A stretch of 63,440 nt of DNA, filler included, from Octopus bimaculoides (lineage: Eukaryota), in the NCBI RefSeq assembly GCF_001194135.2. It is 7 parts of 7 records of this genome, joined end to end, with 100 filler letters (N's around TTAATTAATTAA, not from the genome) between each part and the next. Parts side by side here need not be neighbours in the genome. Positions count along the whole stretch, not along the records: positions 24,993 to 52,338 come from NC_068982.1; positions 52,439 to 55,895 come from NC_068987.1; positions 55,996 to 59,390 come from NW_026356536.1; positions 59,491 to 61,935 come from NW_026377398.1; positions 62,036 to 63,440 come from NW_026334554.1; 2 more parts are not named here. One strand, 5' to 3'. A program made the position numbers and the translations under genes. Shown piece after piece: positions 51,228 through 63,440 of this stretch. The notes below the pieces were generated by a model. The model had not been told where the DNA came from. It ran no database searches and saw nothing but the letters and a program-made list of their open reading frames with translations. How positions within the stretch are numbered: the stretch's first letter is position 1; every line of letters begins with the position of its first letter.

Positions 51228-51538
51228 ATACATATATATACACACACATACAAATATATATTTAGGTGTATTTGCGAGCATTTGTGTGTGCACTTGCATA
51301 CCTGCATCTGTATAATTATAAACATAGAAGATCAACTTAAAATCTCCACACACACGATTATATACATGTATATATATACATGCAAAATGTATATATATAC
51401 ATGCAAAATGTATATATATACATGCAAAATGTATCTACCAAAATAATTTTCTTTTCTTATAAATAAAAGAACCTGTGTTTATGTGCATTTTTTTTCTTCT
51501 TTTTTTTGTGCACTTTTTTTTTTCTTCTTTTTGCTCAC

Positions 51539-51600
51539 TTTTCACTGGTTGAACTCCCAATGCTGAAACTTTGTCTTTGTGTATAACTTAACATCAGACA
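51539..51600 (-). CDS. Candidate exon upstream of 50602-50713, with alternative donors at 51546 and 51539
   Basis: TATTTTATAG| acceptor. Donors CA|GTGAAA (xSDVKLYTKTKFQHWEFNQ) or AA|GTGAGC (CLMLSYTQRQSFSIGSSTSEK) both end in phase 2, compatible with the next exon. Confidence 0.3.
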
Positions 51601-53144
51601 CTATAAAATACGTAAATGACTTTTCCTTTATCATTTTTTTTTGATTTTTACTTTTATTTTATTTTATATTATTTTTTTTTCTGAAATTTAAAAAGTTCCA
51701 AGCACAAAAGTATGGCTATATAAATTACATTGGCTCTTTGTTTGAAACTGTAGTTTTGTTTATACAACATTAAAAAACAAAAACAAAACAAAAAAAAAAC
51801 TTTCTAGCTGAATCGAGACATCAACTGAATTGTAAAGTCAAACTATTTTATCTCTATTTTATTTTAGTTGTTCTTATATTTTTCATCTTTTACATGTTTC
51901 AGCCATTAGATTGTAGCCATGCTGGAGCACCACCATCAAGAGATTTTAGTTGAGTCAATTGACCTCAGTACTTATTATTATATTTATTATTATTATTATT
52001 GCTTTTTAAGATTTGTACTTATTCCATTGGTACATTTTGCTGAATTGCTAGGTCATAAGGATGTAAATACACCAATATTGGTTGTCAAGTGATGGTGGGA
52101 TGAAAAATGCAAACACACAAGGATGGACACACACACATTTATACATACAGTGAGCTTCTTTCAGCTTCTGTTTACCAAATCCACTCACAAGTCTTTGATT
52201 GGTCTGAGGCTATAGCAGAAGACACTTGTGCAAGGTTCTGTGCAGTGGGCCTGAACCTGGAACCAATTTGTTTGGCTAGTAAATGTCTTACCACACAGCC
52301 ACACCTGCACCTATATATATATATATATATATATATATNNNNNNNNNNNNNNNNNNNNNNNNNNNNNNNNNNNNNNNNNNNNTTAATTAATTAANNNNNN
52401 NNNNNNNNNNNNNNNNNNNNNNNNNNNNNNNNNNNNNNCGCGGTAGAATAATTTCGAATACAAAAATTGTAAAGATACTAATCACGTTTGATATGACACT
52501 ATATATTTTAGATTATAATTTTATTTAATTCTTTATTTCGTATTTAAGTAGTTATTTTACCTTGTACCAGCAATGGTCGAAAAGATATATGATCTAAGCC
52601 TATCGAGAAGTTAAAACTTGTATTTGCTTTAGTCAGACAAGCAGTGCGTATGTGGATTCTTTATACGGGGATTCATTCCTTTTTTTTTTAAGATGCACGA
52701 TTCTGAGAGAAGAGAGTTTTGACATTTGTCAGAGAGAGGTTACTTCCTCTTCGTTTTTGCTGTTATCCCAAAGAAGAATAAGGGCTTCAAGCATTCAAGC
52801 AACAACAAAATTACTTTAAAAAATTCGAATTCATGTGCAACGCTCGTTGGAGTCGATCCTATGAGTTTTTGCAGTCGAAATATCTTTGCATAAAAGTGAT
52901 GCGTCATAAAATAATAACGTTAAACGTTAATATCGTCGAGAGGGCAGATGTCTAAATTCATTTACTCTTTGATGCGTCATGTTTGCTTACCCTCAGTAAA
53001 TATTGGTATTCCAAATTGTAACTTATATACCGGTGGCAGAGTGTGTATGACTAGCATCTTCAACAAAACTGAATAAATTCCTGTATAAAGCAACTCTATA
53101 CACATACATCAACTACTCTTTTATCACCACATTTAATTTCTTAC

Positions 53145-53303
53145 CGAACGCAAGAATATATACTCGTAACTACTTATTTTTGACATTTCCTCTTTCGTAA
53201 AGCTTACTGTTTCCGTTGAGGTCATAAACCATCGAAGTATTAGAAGAATCGTAAACTTAAACGCGTAACTTAAACGTTTACACCCAAACACACGTGTGCA
53301 CAT
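53145..53303 (-). CDS. Candidate first coding exon
   Basis: MCTRVFGCKRLSYAFKFTILLILRWFMTSTETVSFTKEEMSKISSYEYIFLRS ends at TCG|GTAAGA, in a CpG-retaining region. Confidence 0.25.
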
Positions 53304-53449
53304 ACAGTACATATATACATACAGACGGATACACACACAGACATATAAAATATACGAGTATGTATACATGTGGGGTTTGTATATGTATGTAAAAATAGAT
53401 ATATGTATATATATACGTATACATACATATACAGAGAGAGAGGGAAAGG

Positions 53450-53532
<83 letters not shown>

Positions 53533-54116
53533 CCAGATATACAAACAGATAGTAGCTGATAGTTGATGATTGTGGTTATTCTTCGCAATAAAATAAAAGA
53601 AGCTCAGCCCGCAAAATATAAATATATCATTATAAATTCAGTAAACAATAGTTGAATCGTTAGAGAAACTTTTAATATTTCCAGAAAAATTCAGTCCAGC
53701 TAAGCTTGAGACTGATAAAACTGTAGATTTTCCTCTCTAGTCACAGAACATGCACTACTATATAAATACATTTTATATTACAGTTAAAAAAAAAAAATTA
53801 CTACCTTACTTGACAGTAAAATCGAATGTTTCCACATAGAAGATTTATAAAAAGTAAATAATAGGTTTTTTATAGTTAGCGGCGCCGAGTAATAAAGATT
53901 AATGACAAACAATGCACACTTATTCTAAGAAATGTTATTGTAAACGAGGTTGTAATTTTCCCATTTCTCAGGCTGTCCTCGCCAAAGTCCAATTATAGTA
54001 ACGGAAGATCTGTCTGTTTGTCACTCCTAGCTTGTCTGACTGTCTCTTTATCTTCTTGCCTCTCGCTTTGTGTGTCCTTTAGTATCTTTAACACTGTCTC
54101 TCTGTCTCTTCACACA

Positions 54117-54152
<36 letters not shown>

Positions 54153-54174
54153 TACCTACATACATGCACGAATG

Positions 54175-54210
<36 letters not shown>

Positions 54211-54459
54211 TTTATTTCTTTCAGTCGTTTGACTGCGGCCATGCTGTGGCACCACTTTGAAGAATTTTAAACGAACAAATCGATACCATTATTTATTTTG
54301 AAGCCTGCTAGTGCTCATTCTATCTTTCCTCTATGGACCAAATGCTAGGTTAAGGGGAAACGGGGACTTACTCATCAACAGTAGTAGTTAAGCAGTAGTG
54401 GGGAACAAGCACATATGCATACACACTGAAGCACTACACACACTACAAACACACAAACA

Positions 54460-54491
<32 letters not shown>

Positions 54492-56444
54492 TACACACAG
54501 TACACATAAAAACGACTGGCTTCTTTCAGTTGCCGTCTACCTTATCCACTCACAATTCTTTTATCAGCACGAAGCGCTGCAGAATACACGTGCCAAGGTA
54601 CCACACAGAGGAACTGAAGCCAGAACCAGGTGGTTGGGAAGNNNNNNNNNNNNNNNNNNNNNNNNNNNNNNNNNNNNNNNNNNNNNNNNNNNNNNNNNNN
54701 NNNNNNNNNNNNNNNNNNNNNNNNNNNNNNNNNNNNNNNNNNNNNNNNNNNNNNNNNNNNNNNNNNNNNNNNNNNNNNNNNNNNNNNNNNNNNNNNNNNN
54801 NNNNNNNNNNNNNNNNNNNNNNNNNNNNNNNNNNNNNNNNNNNNNNNNNNNNNNNNNNNNNNNNNNNNNNNNNNNNNNNNNNNNNNNNNNNNNNNNNNNN
54901 NNNNNNNNNNNNNNNNNNNNNNNNNNNNNNNNNNNNNNNNNNNNNNNNNNNNNNNNNNNNNNNNNNNNNNNNNNNNNNNNNNNNNNNNNNNNNNNNNNNN
55001 NNNNNNNNNNNNNNNNNNNNNNNNNNNNNNNNNNNNNNNNNNNNNNNNNNNNNNNNNNNNNNNNNNNNNNNNNNNNNNNNNNNNNNNNNNNNNNNNNNNN
55101 NNNNNNNNNNNNNNNNNNNNNNNNNNNNNNNNNNNNNNNNNNNNNNNNNNNNNNNNNNNNNNNNNNNNNNNNNNNNNNNNNNNNNNNNNNNNNNNNNNNN
55201 NNNNNNNNNNNNNNNNNNNNNNNNNNNNNNNNNNNNNNNNNNNNNNNNNNNNNNNNNNNNNNNNNNNNNNNNNNNNNNNNNNNNNNNNNNNNNNNNNNNN
55301 NNNNNNNNNNNNNNNNNNNNNNNNNNCACACACACACACACACACACTGGCTGTGTGTAAAAAGCTTGCTTCCCAATGACATGGTTCCGGGCTCAGTCCC
55401 ACTGTGTGACACTGCGAAAACACTAAGAAATAGTTATTAAAATGTTCATAAACAGTTGTAATATCAGTATATCGGATCTATGATAGATAAGCCTTTGTAT
55501 GCAACACACAAAGTTTGCCATGTACGGAAGGGGTGGTTAAATACGCTTTGAAACAATATAATTGTTCCATGTAGGTATTTACGTTTCAAGATTCATGCAA
55601 ATTGTTATTATATTTGCTTATGTAATTTTTAAGCACTGTCGGCTTATAAGGATTGCATCTAATTGAATAATATGATTAATAAGGTCGACAGTTCAAAGGC
55701 GTCAGCGAAATACATGCTAAAGCTTGTTTATGTGATGCAAACGTATGTAACACATTATCTGAATGTATTAAATATATTCCAAGCACCTATTATTGTTCGC
55801 CTCTCCTTTTCTCTCAGGCACACACATATACAAGCACGCTCACCGCACACACATACAACTACACACATACGTATATGCATGTGGATATATATATANNNNN
55901 NNNNNNNNNNNNNNNNNNNNNNNNNNNNNNNNNNNNNNNTTAATTAATTAANNNNNNNNNNNNNNNNNNNNNNNNNNNNNNNNNNNNNNNNNNNNACTCA
56001 AATGGTGTTTTTATGTGTCACCTGCTCAGGAGCCAGTCCAGCAGCACTGGCAACGCCCTCAGTCGAAAGTTGTTTTTCATGTACCACCGGCACACGGTCC
56101 AGGCAACGATCGTGCTCGGATGGTGCTCTTAGCGTTCCACTAGCACGGATGCCAGTCATGCGGTGCTGTCATCAGATTTGATTTCGATTTCACTTGCCTC
56201 TCAACAGGCGCTGAGAGCATGCCAAACAGTATGCTAGGACCTCAAAGACATTAAAACAGAACCATCAGCCACTGCCTACATGTCATAACGAACTAAAAAT
56301 GGAATGATAGGATGGGAGGCGAAGAGAGAAAGAAGTGGATACAAAGGAAGAGAACCAGAAAACGTAAAAGAAACAAAGGGGTGAATTAGAGTTATTTCCT
56401 CTTAGACCATAACATATACAGCTGGAAAGATAGTTGCTTAGAGT

Positions 56445-56794
56445 TTGTGGTTGTCAACAGGAATTTGGCCATATGTTTACAACAGCTGAAAATTTAGGAT
56501 CTAGAATTCAGCAGAATTCTTAAATCTGAAAAGGATCTCGGTTCTCTCCGCTTACATTTCTTTTATCCGTTAACATACTGTGAGGATTTTTTTGACTGTT
56601 TCCCGATTTTGTTGTTTTTGTGAAGTGGCATTTGATTTCAAACCCTGTACATGGATAGCCAACATAGTAGCTTTACTTCTGTCCTGGTGTTGAAAGAAAG
56701 ACATGTAATTCGCATAGCGATTTTTGAATTTGCCTTCCCATAGTCCAATACAGCTCTTATTGGTTGTGTTACATAGCGTTGTTGTAAATTCTGC

Positions 56795-56800
<6 letters not shown>
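56445..56800 (-). mobile_element. Penelope-like element GIY-YIG endonuclease remnant
   Basis: YEAEFTTT...KSCIGLWEGKFKNRYANYMSFFQHQDRSKATMLAIHVQGLKSN...LLNSRS*IFSCCKHMAKFLL matches the PLE pattern YIG.TE..FK.RY.NH..SF...LLN.RSE....C.H..K.LL. Confidence 0.8.
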
Positions 56801-56866
<66 letters not shown>

Positions 56867-56889
56867 TTTATATTCCTACCCATGAATGC

Positions 56890-57252
56890 AAGGAAGACAG
56901 ACCTTAAACAATGATGATGATGATGTGTGTGTGTGTGTATCTATCCACACAAACATGTATGCGTGTGCATGTGTATACATGCACCATTCAAGCGTGGCCA
57001 TTGCCAGTGCCACCTGATAGGCTCCCATGCCAGTGGCATGTAAAAAAGCACCATTCGAGCCCTCATGCCAGTGGCACATAAAAAGTACCCCCTACACTCT
57101 CAAAGTGGTTGGCATTAGGAAGGGCATCCAGCTGTAGAAACCTTGCCAGAACAGATTGGAGCCTGGTGCAGCCTCTAGCTCACCAGTCCTCAGTCAAACC
57201 GTCCAACCCATACCAGCAGAGAAAGCGAACATTAAACGATGATGATGATGAT
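56890..57252 (+). mobile_element. Family-C SINE-like repeat
   Basis: GTGGCATGTAAAAAAGCACC...GGGCATCCAGCTGTAGAAAC...(GAT)n. Confidence 0.75.
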
Positions 57253-57362
57253 ATATGAATGACCGGAATATTGGATGCTCTAATACATCGCTGACCACAA
57301 GGCACTTCTCATTGTTTTAGCATTTGAATGACACCAACCCACTGGCTAGGTGAAGAGGCCAT

Positions 57363-57393
<31 letters not shown>

Positions 57394-57934
57394 AACTGTG
57401 TACAATCCCATGCCAGTTGTCATTAATGGAAGTAGGAACACACACTAAAATGCACATGCAAGCACACAGATACAAAGAAAAGAAAACAGCTGAAGTGTTG
57501 GTGACAGGAAGGGCACCCAGCTGTAGAAAATCTGCCACAAAAAACTTTCTTCGACTCATGCAAGCATGGAAAAGTGGATATGAAAACGATGATCACACAG
57601 ACGGCACAGCATCAATTGATTGAAAGCTTCGATGAGTAATTAAAAATTTAACGAGACTCAAACACAGGCAGAAATCAAGAGAGAAACAAAATAAGAAAAA
57701 TTTTAAAAAACAACAAAACAAACCCTTTTTTTTTAGAAAAAAAAAGATCTTTACTTAGATTTGAACCTGTGGCCTGTTGCTGAGGGTTCTTCTGGGTGAC
57801 ACAAAGCTGCTGCTGCTGTTGTTAATGATGAAAGGAGGGGGTGGAGTTGGAAGAGAGCAGTGCTGCAAAATGGTGGCAGAGGGGGAGAGGGGAAGAGGAG
57901 AGAACAAACAAAGAAATTGTATAAATAAAATGGC

Positions 57935-57972
<38 letters not shown>

Positions 57973-58891
57973 GTAGTAGTAGTAGTAGTAATAATTGTAA
58001 TAGTGGTAGTAATAATAATAGAAATCATTATTATTATTATTATTGTTGTTGAAAAATGATATTTCTACTTCTAACACACACCGCCCACCCCAACACCACT
58101 ACCCCCTCCCCTCTACCACCACCACCAACCNNNNNNNNNNNNNNNNNNNNNNNNNNNNNNNNNNNNNNNNNNNNNNNNNNNNNNNNNNNNNNNNNNNNNN
58201 NNNNNNNNNNNNNNNNNNNNNNNNNNNNNNNNNNNNNNNNNNNNNNNNNNNNNNNNNNNNNNNNNNNNNNNNNNNNNNNNNNNNNNNNNNNNNNNNNNNN
58301 NNNNNNNNNNNNNNNNNNNNNNNNNNNNNNNNNNNNNNNNNNNNNNNNNNNNNNNNNNNNNNNNNNNNNNNNNNNNNNNNNNNNNNNNNNNNNNNNNNNN
58401 NNNNNNNNNNNNNNNNNNNNNNNNNNNNNNNNNNNNNNNNNNNNNNNNNNNNNNNNNNNNNNNNNNNNNNNNNNNNNNNNNNNNNNNNNNNNNNNNNNNN
58501 NNNNNNNNNNNNNNNNNNNNNNNNNNNNNNNNNNNNNNNNNNNNNNNNNNNNNNNNNNNNNNNNNNNNNNNNNNNNNNNNNNNNNNNNNNNNNNNNNNNN
58601 NNNNNNNNNNNNNNNNNNNNNNNNNNNNNNNNNNNNNNNNNNNNNNNNNNNNNNNNNNNNNNNNNNNNNNNNNNNNNNNNNNNNNNNNNNNNNNNNNNNN
58701 NNNNNNNNNNNNNNNNNNNNNNNNNNNNNNNNNNNNNNNNNNNNNNNNNNNNNNNNNNNNNNNNNNNNNNNNNNNNNNNNNNNNNNNNNNNNNNNNNNNN
58801 NNNNNNNNGGTGGGGGGAGGGACAGCAATATAATGTTAGCAGTCTATATAAATATATTGGAGTGGTGGGGGAGGGCATCTGTGAAGTACTG

Positions 58892-58930
<39 letters not shown>

Positions 58931-58989
58931 AAGTCTCAGTGGCACCACTTGTTATTGTTCATAGAAAGATGACTTCCTTGTTTGCTGGC

Positions 58990-59390
58990 TTGCTCACTTG
59001 CTTGGTTGATAGGTTCATTGGCAGGTCAAAAGATTCATAAATTGGTAGATTGTTTCATTGTCAGGTTGGAACATTGGTCCATTGGCAAGTTGTCAGATTG
59101 GTTCATTTGGCAAGTTGATTGATTCATTGGCAGGTTGGAAGATTGGTTCATTGGCAGATTGGCAGATTAGTTCATTGGCAGATTGGTAGATTAGTTCATT
59201 GGCAGGTCGGAAGATTGGTTCATTGGCAGGTTGGTAGATTGGTTCATTGGCAGGTTGGTAGATTGGTTCATTGGCAGGTCGGAAGATTGGTTCATTGGCA
59301 GGTCGGAAGATTGGTTTATGGCAGGTCGGAAGATTGGTTCATTGGCAGGTTGGTTTATTGGTAAGTTGGAAGATTGGTTCATTGGCAGGT
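58990..59390. repeat. 24-bp minisatellite (TTGGTTCATTGGCAGGTYGGWAGA)
   Basis: Roughly 15-17 units, more homogeneous toward the gap; produces the (VHWQVGRL)n pseudo-ORF. Confidence 0.9.
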
Positions 59391-59490
59391 NNNNNNNNNN
59401 NNNNNNNNNNNNNNNNNNNNNNNNNNNNNNNNNNTTAATTAATTAANNNNNNNNNNNNNNNNNNNNNNNNNNNNNNNNNNNNNNNNNNNN

Positions 59491-62080
59491 TACATGCGCA
59501 CATACATACATACATGCAGACATACATACATGAATGCACGCATACATACATGCATACATGCATAAAAACATACGTGCATGCATGCGAACATACATACATG
59601 CATAAATACATGCATACATGCAGGCATACATGCAGGCATACANNNNNNNNNNATACATGCATAAATACATGCATACATGCAGGCATACATGCAGGCATAC
59701 ATGCATACATACATACATACATACATGAATACACACATGCCTACATACATACATAATACNNNNNNNNNNNNNNNNNNNNNNNNNNNNNNNNNNNNNNNNN
59801 NNNNNNNNNNNNNNNNNNNNNNNNNNNNNNNNNNNNNNNNNNNNNNNNNNNNNNNNNNNNNNNNNNNNNNNNNNNNNNNNNNNNNNNNNNNNNNNNNNNN
59901 NNNNNNNNNNNNNNNNNNNNNNNNNNNNNNNNNNNNNNNNNNNNNNNNNNNNNNNNNNNNNNNNNNNNNNNNNNNNNNNNNNNNNNNNNNNNNNNNNNNN
60001 NNNNNNNNNNNNNNNNNNNNNNNNNNNNNNNNNNNNNNNNNNNNNNNNNNNNNNNNNNNNNNNNNNNNNNNNNNNNNNNNNNNNNNNNNNNNNNNNNNNN
60101 NNNNNNNNNNNNNNNNNNNNNNNNNNNNNNNNNNNNNNNNNNNNNNNNNNNNNNNNNNNNNNNNNNNNNNNNNNNNNNNNNNNNNNNNNNNNNNNNNNNN
60201 NNNNNNNNNNNNNNNNNNNNNNNNNNNNNNNNNNNNNNNNNNNNNNNNNNNNNNNNNNNNNNNNNNNNNNNNNNNNNNNNNNNNNNNNNNNNNNNNNNNN
60301 NNNNNNNNNNNNNNNNNNNNNNNNNNNNNNNNNNNNNNNNNNNNNNNNNNNNNNNNNNNNNNNNNNNNNNNNNNNNNNNNNNNNNNNNNNNNNNNNNNNN
60401 NNNNNNNNNNNNNNNNNNNNNNNNNNNNNNNNNNNNNNNNNNNNNNNNNNNNNNNNNNNNNNNNNNNNNNNNNNNNNNNNNNNNNNNNNNNNNNNNNNNN
60501 NNNNNNNNNNNNNNNNNNNNNNNNNNNNNNNNNNNNNNNNNNNNNNNNNNNNNNNNNNNNNNNNNNNNNNNNNNNNNNNNNNNNNNNNNNNNNNNNNNNN
60601 NNNNNNNNNNNNNNNNNNNNNNNNNNNNNNNNNNNNNNNNNNNNNNNNNNNNNNNNNNNNNNNNNNNNTACCTACATACATAAATACATACATACACACA
60701 CATAAACATACTTACACATATACATACATGCACACATACATATATAAAGACGCATGCCTACCTGCATACATGCATATAGACATGGACAGACACATACACA
60801 CATACATACATGCATGCATCCACACATTCAAACATACATGCATGCAAACATGCATACATGCATAAATGCAAATATACATACATACATGCATACATGCATA
60901 AATACATACATGTATACATGTATACATGTATATATGCAATCATGCTAACTTGCCTACTCACATGTATGCATGCATCCATGCATACATACATTCATACATA
61001 AATACGTACAGTCATACAAAAATACGCCCATACATAAATACATACATACATAATACATAGATACATACATACATAAATAAATACACACGTAAATGCATAC
61101 ATGCAAACAGACATCAATACATACATAAATNNNNNNNNNNNNNNNNNNGTACATACATATATACGTACATAAATGTATACATGCATAAATAATTACTTAT
61201 ATAAATACATACATAAATACATGCATACATTCATACATAAATACATACATACNNNNNNNNNNTACATACATAAATACATGCATACATTCATACATAAATA
61301 CATACATACATATATAAATGCATAAAAAAATACATAGATACACACATACATACATACACACATACATACATAAATACATACACACATATATAAATAAACA
61401 CACACATACATTCNNNNNNNNNNAATAAACACACACATACATTCATATATGCACACATACCTACATACATGCAAACATTACATACATACATGTATGTACG
61501 CATACATACATGCAAACATGTATAAANNNNNNNNNNACATACATGCAAACATGTATAAAAACATACATGCATACATGGATACATACGTATATGCATACAT
61601 ACATAAATTCATACATGCATGAATACATACGTACATACAAGCATAAATACATACGTATATACATACATACATACATAAATACCTGAATGANNNNNNNNNN
61701 NNNNNNNNNNNNNNNNNNNNNNNNNNNNNNNNNNNNNNNNNNNNNNNNNNNNNNNNNNNNNNNNNNNNNNNNNNNNNNNNNNNNNNNNNNNNNNNNNNNN
61801 NNNNNNNNNNNNNNNNNNNNNNNNNNNNNNNNNCTGCATATATAAATACATACATAGATTCATACATACATACATAAATACTTACATAGATTCATACATA
61901 CATACATAAATACATACTTACATTAACAAAAACATNNNNNNNNNNNNNNNNNNNNNNNNNNNNNNNNNNNNNNNNNNNNTTAATTAATTAANNNNNNNNN
62001 NNNNNNNNNNNNNNNNNNNNNNNNNNNNNNNNNNNATGTATGTATGTATGTATGTATGTATGCATGTATGTACGTTTGTA
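59491..62080. repeat. Long degenerate (CATA)n/(ATGC)n microsatellite field with gaps
   Basis: Continuous TACA/TGCA 4-mer variants. Confidence 0.9.
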
Positions 62081-62398
62081 TGCATAAAGCATAAAAATAG
62101 GTATGAGAAAAACAAAAGGAATGTAAAATAGGAAACAATAAGGCAAAATAAAATATTACCAAAAAGACTCCAATATGAAAAGAAAAACGAGGGGAAAAAA
62201 ATTGGAAAATAAACGGAACGAAAAAAACGAAGAAAGGGAAAAACAAAAAAAATGGAAGCTAAAACCATTCACCGCATAACGTCACCCAATTTCCTCTTCC
62301 TTTTTGCCCTTAAACGAACCTAATCTATTCACTTCTATTATGTTTCATGCATGCCTTTATCACACATTCATTGTCTCAACTGTCTTTGACTTCTATTG

Positions 62399-62745
62399 CT
62401 TTCTTCTTCTTCTTCTTCTTCTTCTTCTTCTTCTTCTTCTTCAGCTTTTTCTTCTTTTTCATCAGCTTCTTCTTCTTCTTCTTCTTCTTCTCCTTCTTCT
62501 TCTTCTTCTTCTTCTTCTTCTTCTTCTTCTTCTTCTTCTTCTTCTTCTGTTTCATCAGTTTTGTCTTCTTCTTCATCAGCTTTTTCTTCTTTTTCATCAG
62601 CTTCTTCTTCTTCTTCTTCTTCTTCTTCTTCTTCTTCTTCTTCTTCTTCATCAGTTTCTTCTTCTTCTTCTTCTTCTTCTTCTTCTTCTTCTTCTCTTTC
62701 TTCTTTTTCTTCTTCTCTTTCTTCTTTTTCTTCTTTTTTCTTTCC
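62399..62745. repeat. Compound (TTC)n tract with recurrent ATCAGC interruptions
   Basis: Direct reading of the sequence. Confidence 0.9.
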
Positions 62746-63440
62746 TCTTTTCCTTTTGCTTCATCTTCCCTTTTTTCTTCTTCTCATTATTATTATTATT
62801 ATTATCAGTAGACAAGTTTTATTAATAATGTTATGGTTATTATTATCTCGTCGTCATCATCATCATCATCATCATTATTATAATTATTATTATGATAATA
62901 ATTATAACAACAACAACAACAGCAGCAAGCATTACAATTATAACAATGATAATAATTATGTCAATAACAAAAACAATAACAATAGTAATAATAATATTAA
63001 TCATTATTATTGTTATTATTATTATTATCTTGAAATATTTTTCATTTTATTATTTTTACATCATTTTGATGGTGCGGTAGTTTTTTTGTTTTTATACAAC
63101 CTTGTGCTTTTTTAGCATTTGCAACGAGAAGTGTATGTTTTAGAGTGCTTTTCTGGTTGTTTTGTTTGTGTTGCTTCCTTGCCTTTCCTCCCTCTTATCT
63201 ATTATTCAAGACAAAGGCAAAGATAACCAAAAACAACGGATAATATTATCGAACATAAAAATTGGCACTTGTTTCCATTTCTTCCGTCAGCATTTATTAT
63301 TCAATAGATTTACGATTGTTTTTTTTTTTATGAGCGACACTTGATAATACATATACATATGTAGGTGTGGGCGTGTGTAGGCGTATATGTATACATGATA
63401 TCTACAAATATGGCGTGGGGGTGTTTGTGGATGCATGTAT

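Noticed and set aside
51379-51435. 21-bp triple repeat (MYIYTCK)n
   Set aside because: It is a local slippage duplication within a (TA)n tract.
59119-59364. (VHWQVGRL)n repeat protein
   Set aside because: It is a product of the 24-bp minisatellite, open in several frames, with no splice or start context.
58990-59390. CRISPR-like array
   Set aside because: The repeats are contiguous with no unique spacers, the context is eukaryotic, and there are no cas genes.
14113-61875. Long ORFs made of X or of YI/HT/CV/MYVC repeats in the ORF track
   Set aside because: They are translations of N gaps and of di- or tetranucleotide microsatellites.
62304-63115. Poly-L, poly-F, poly-S and poly-K ORFs
   Set aside because: They are frames of the (TTC)n, (TTA)n and (CAT)n tracts, with no unique coding context.

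Overview
Repeat-dominated, AT-rich animal genomic DNA from a gapped draft assembly. The SINE families and the microsatellite load point to an octopod cephalopod, probably Octopus (inference, no database search). Six identical 100-bp spacers (44 N + TTAATTAATTAA + 44 N) split the window into seven segments that may not be contiguous in vivo. No complete gene could be named, and nearly all ORF-track entries are microsatellite or N artefacts. Recognisable content: several tRNA-derived SINE families, some with long TSDs; four R4/Dong-like non-LTR remnants near (TAA)n tracts; three CR1-like LINE remnants; Tc1/mariner and pogo/Tigger transposase remnants; hAT and mariner MITEs; a Penelope GIY-YIG remnant; and a few candidate exons. 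The most interesting signal is a set of minimal type-I hammerhead ribozyme motifs in small non-coding repeats. One sits at the apex of a ~136-nt rod-like inverted repeat (4291-4426). One lies in the tail of a young tRNA-headed SINE (30823-31305). Two more are decayed copies (~44771, ~50363). Two of the four are linked to a shared 3' module that also occurs as a fold-back palindrome.
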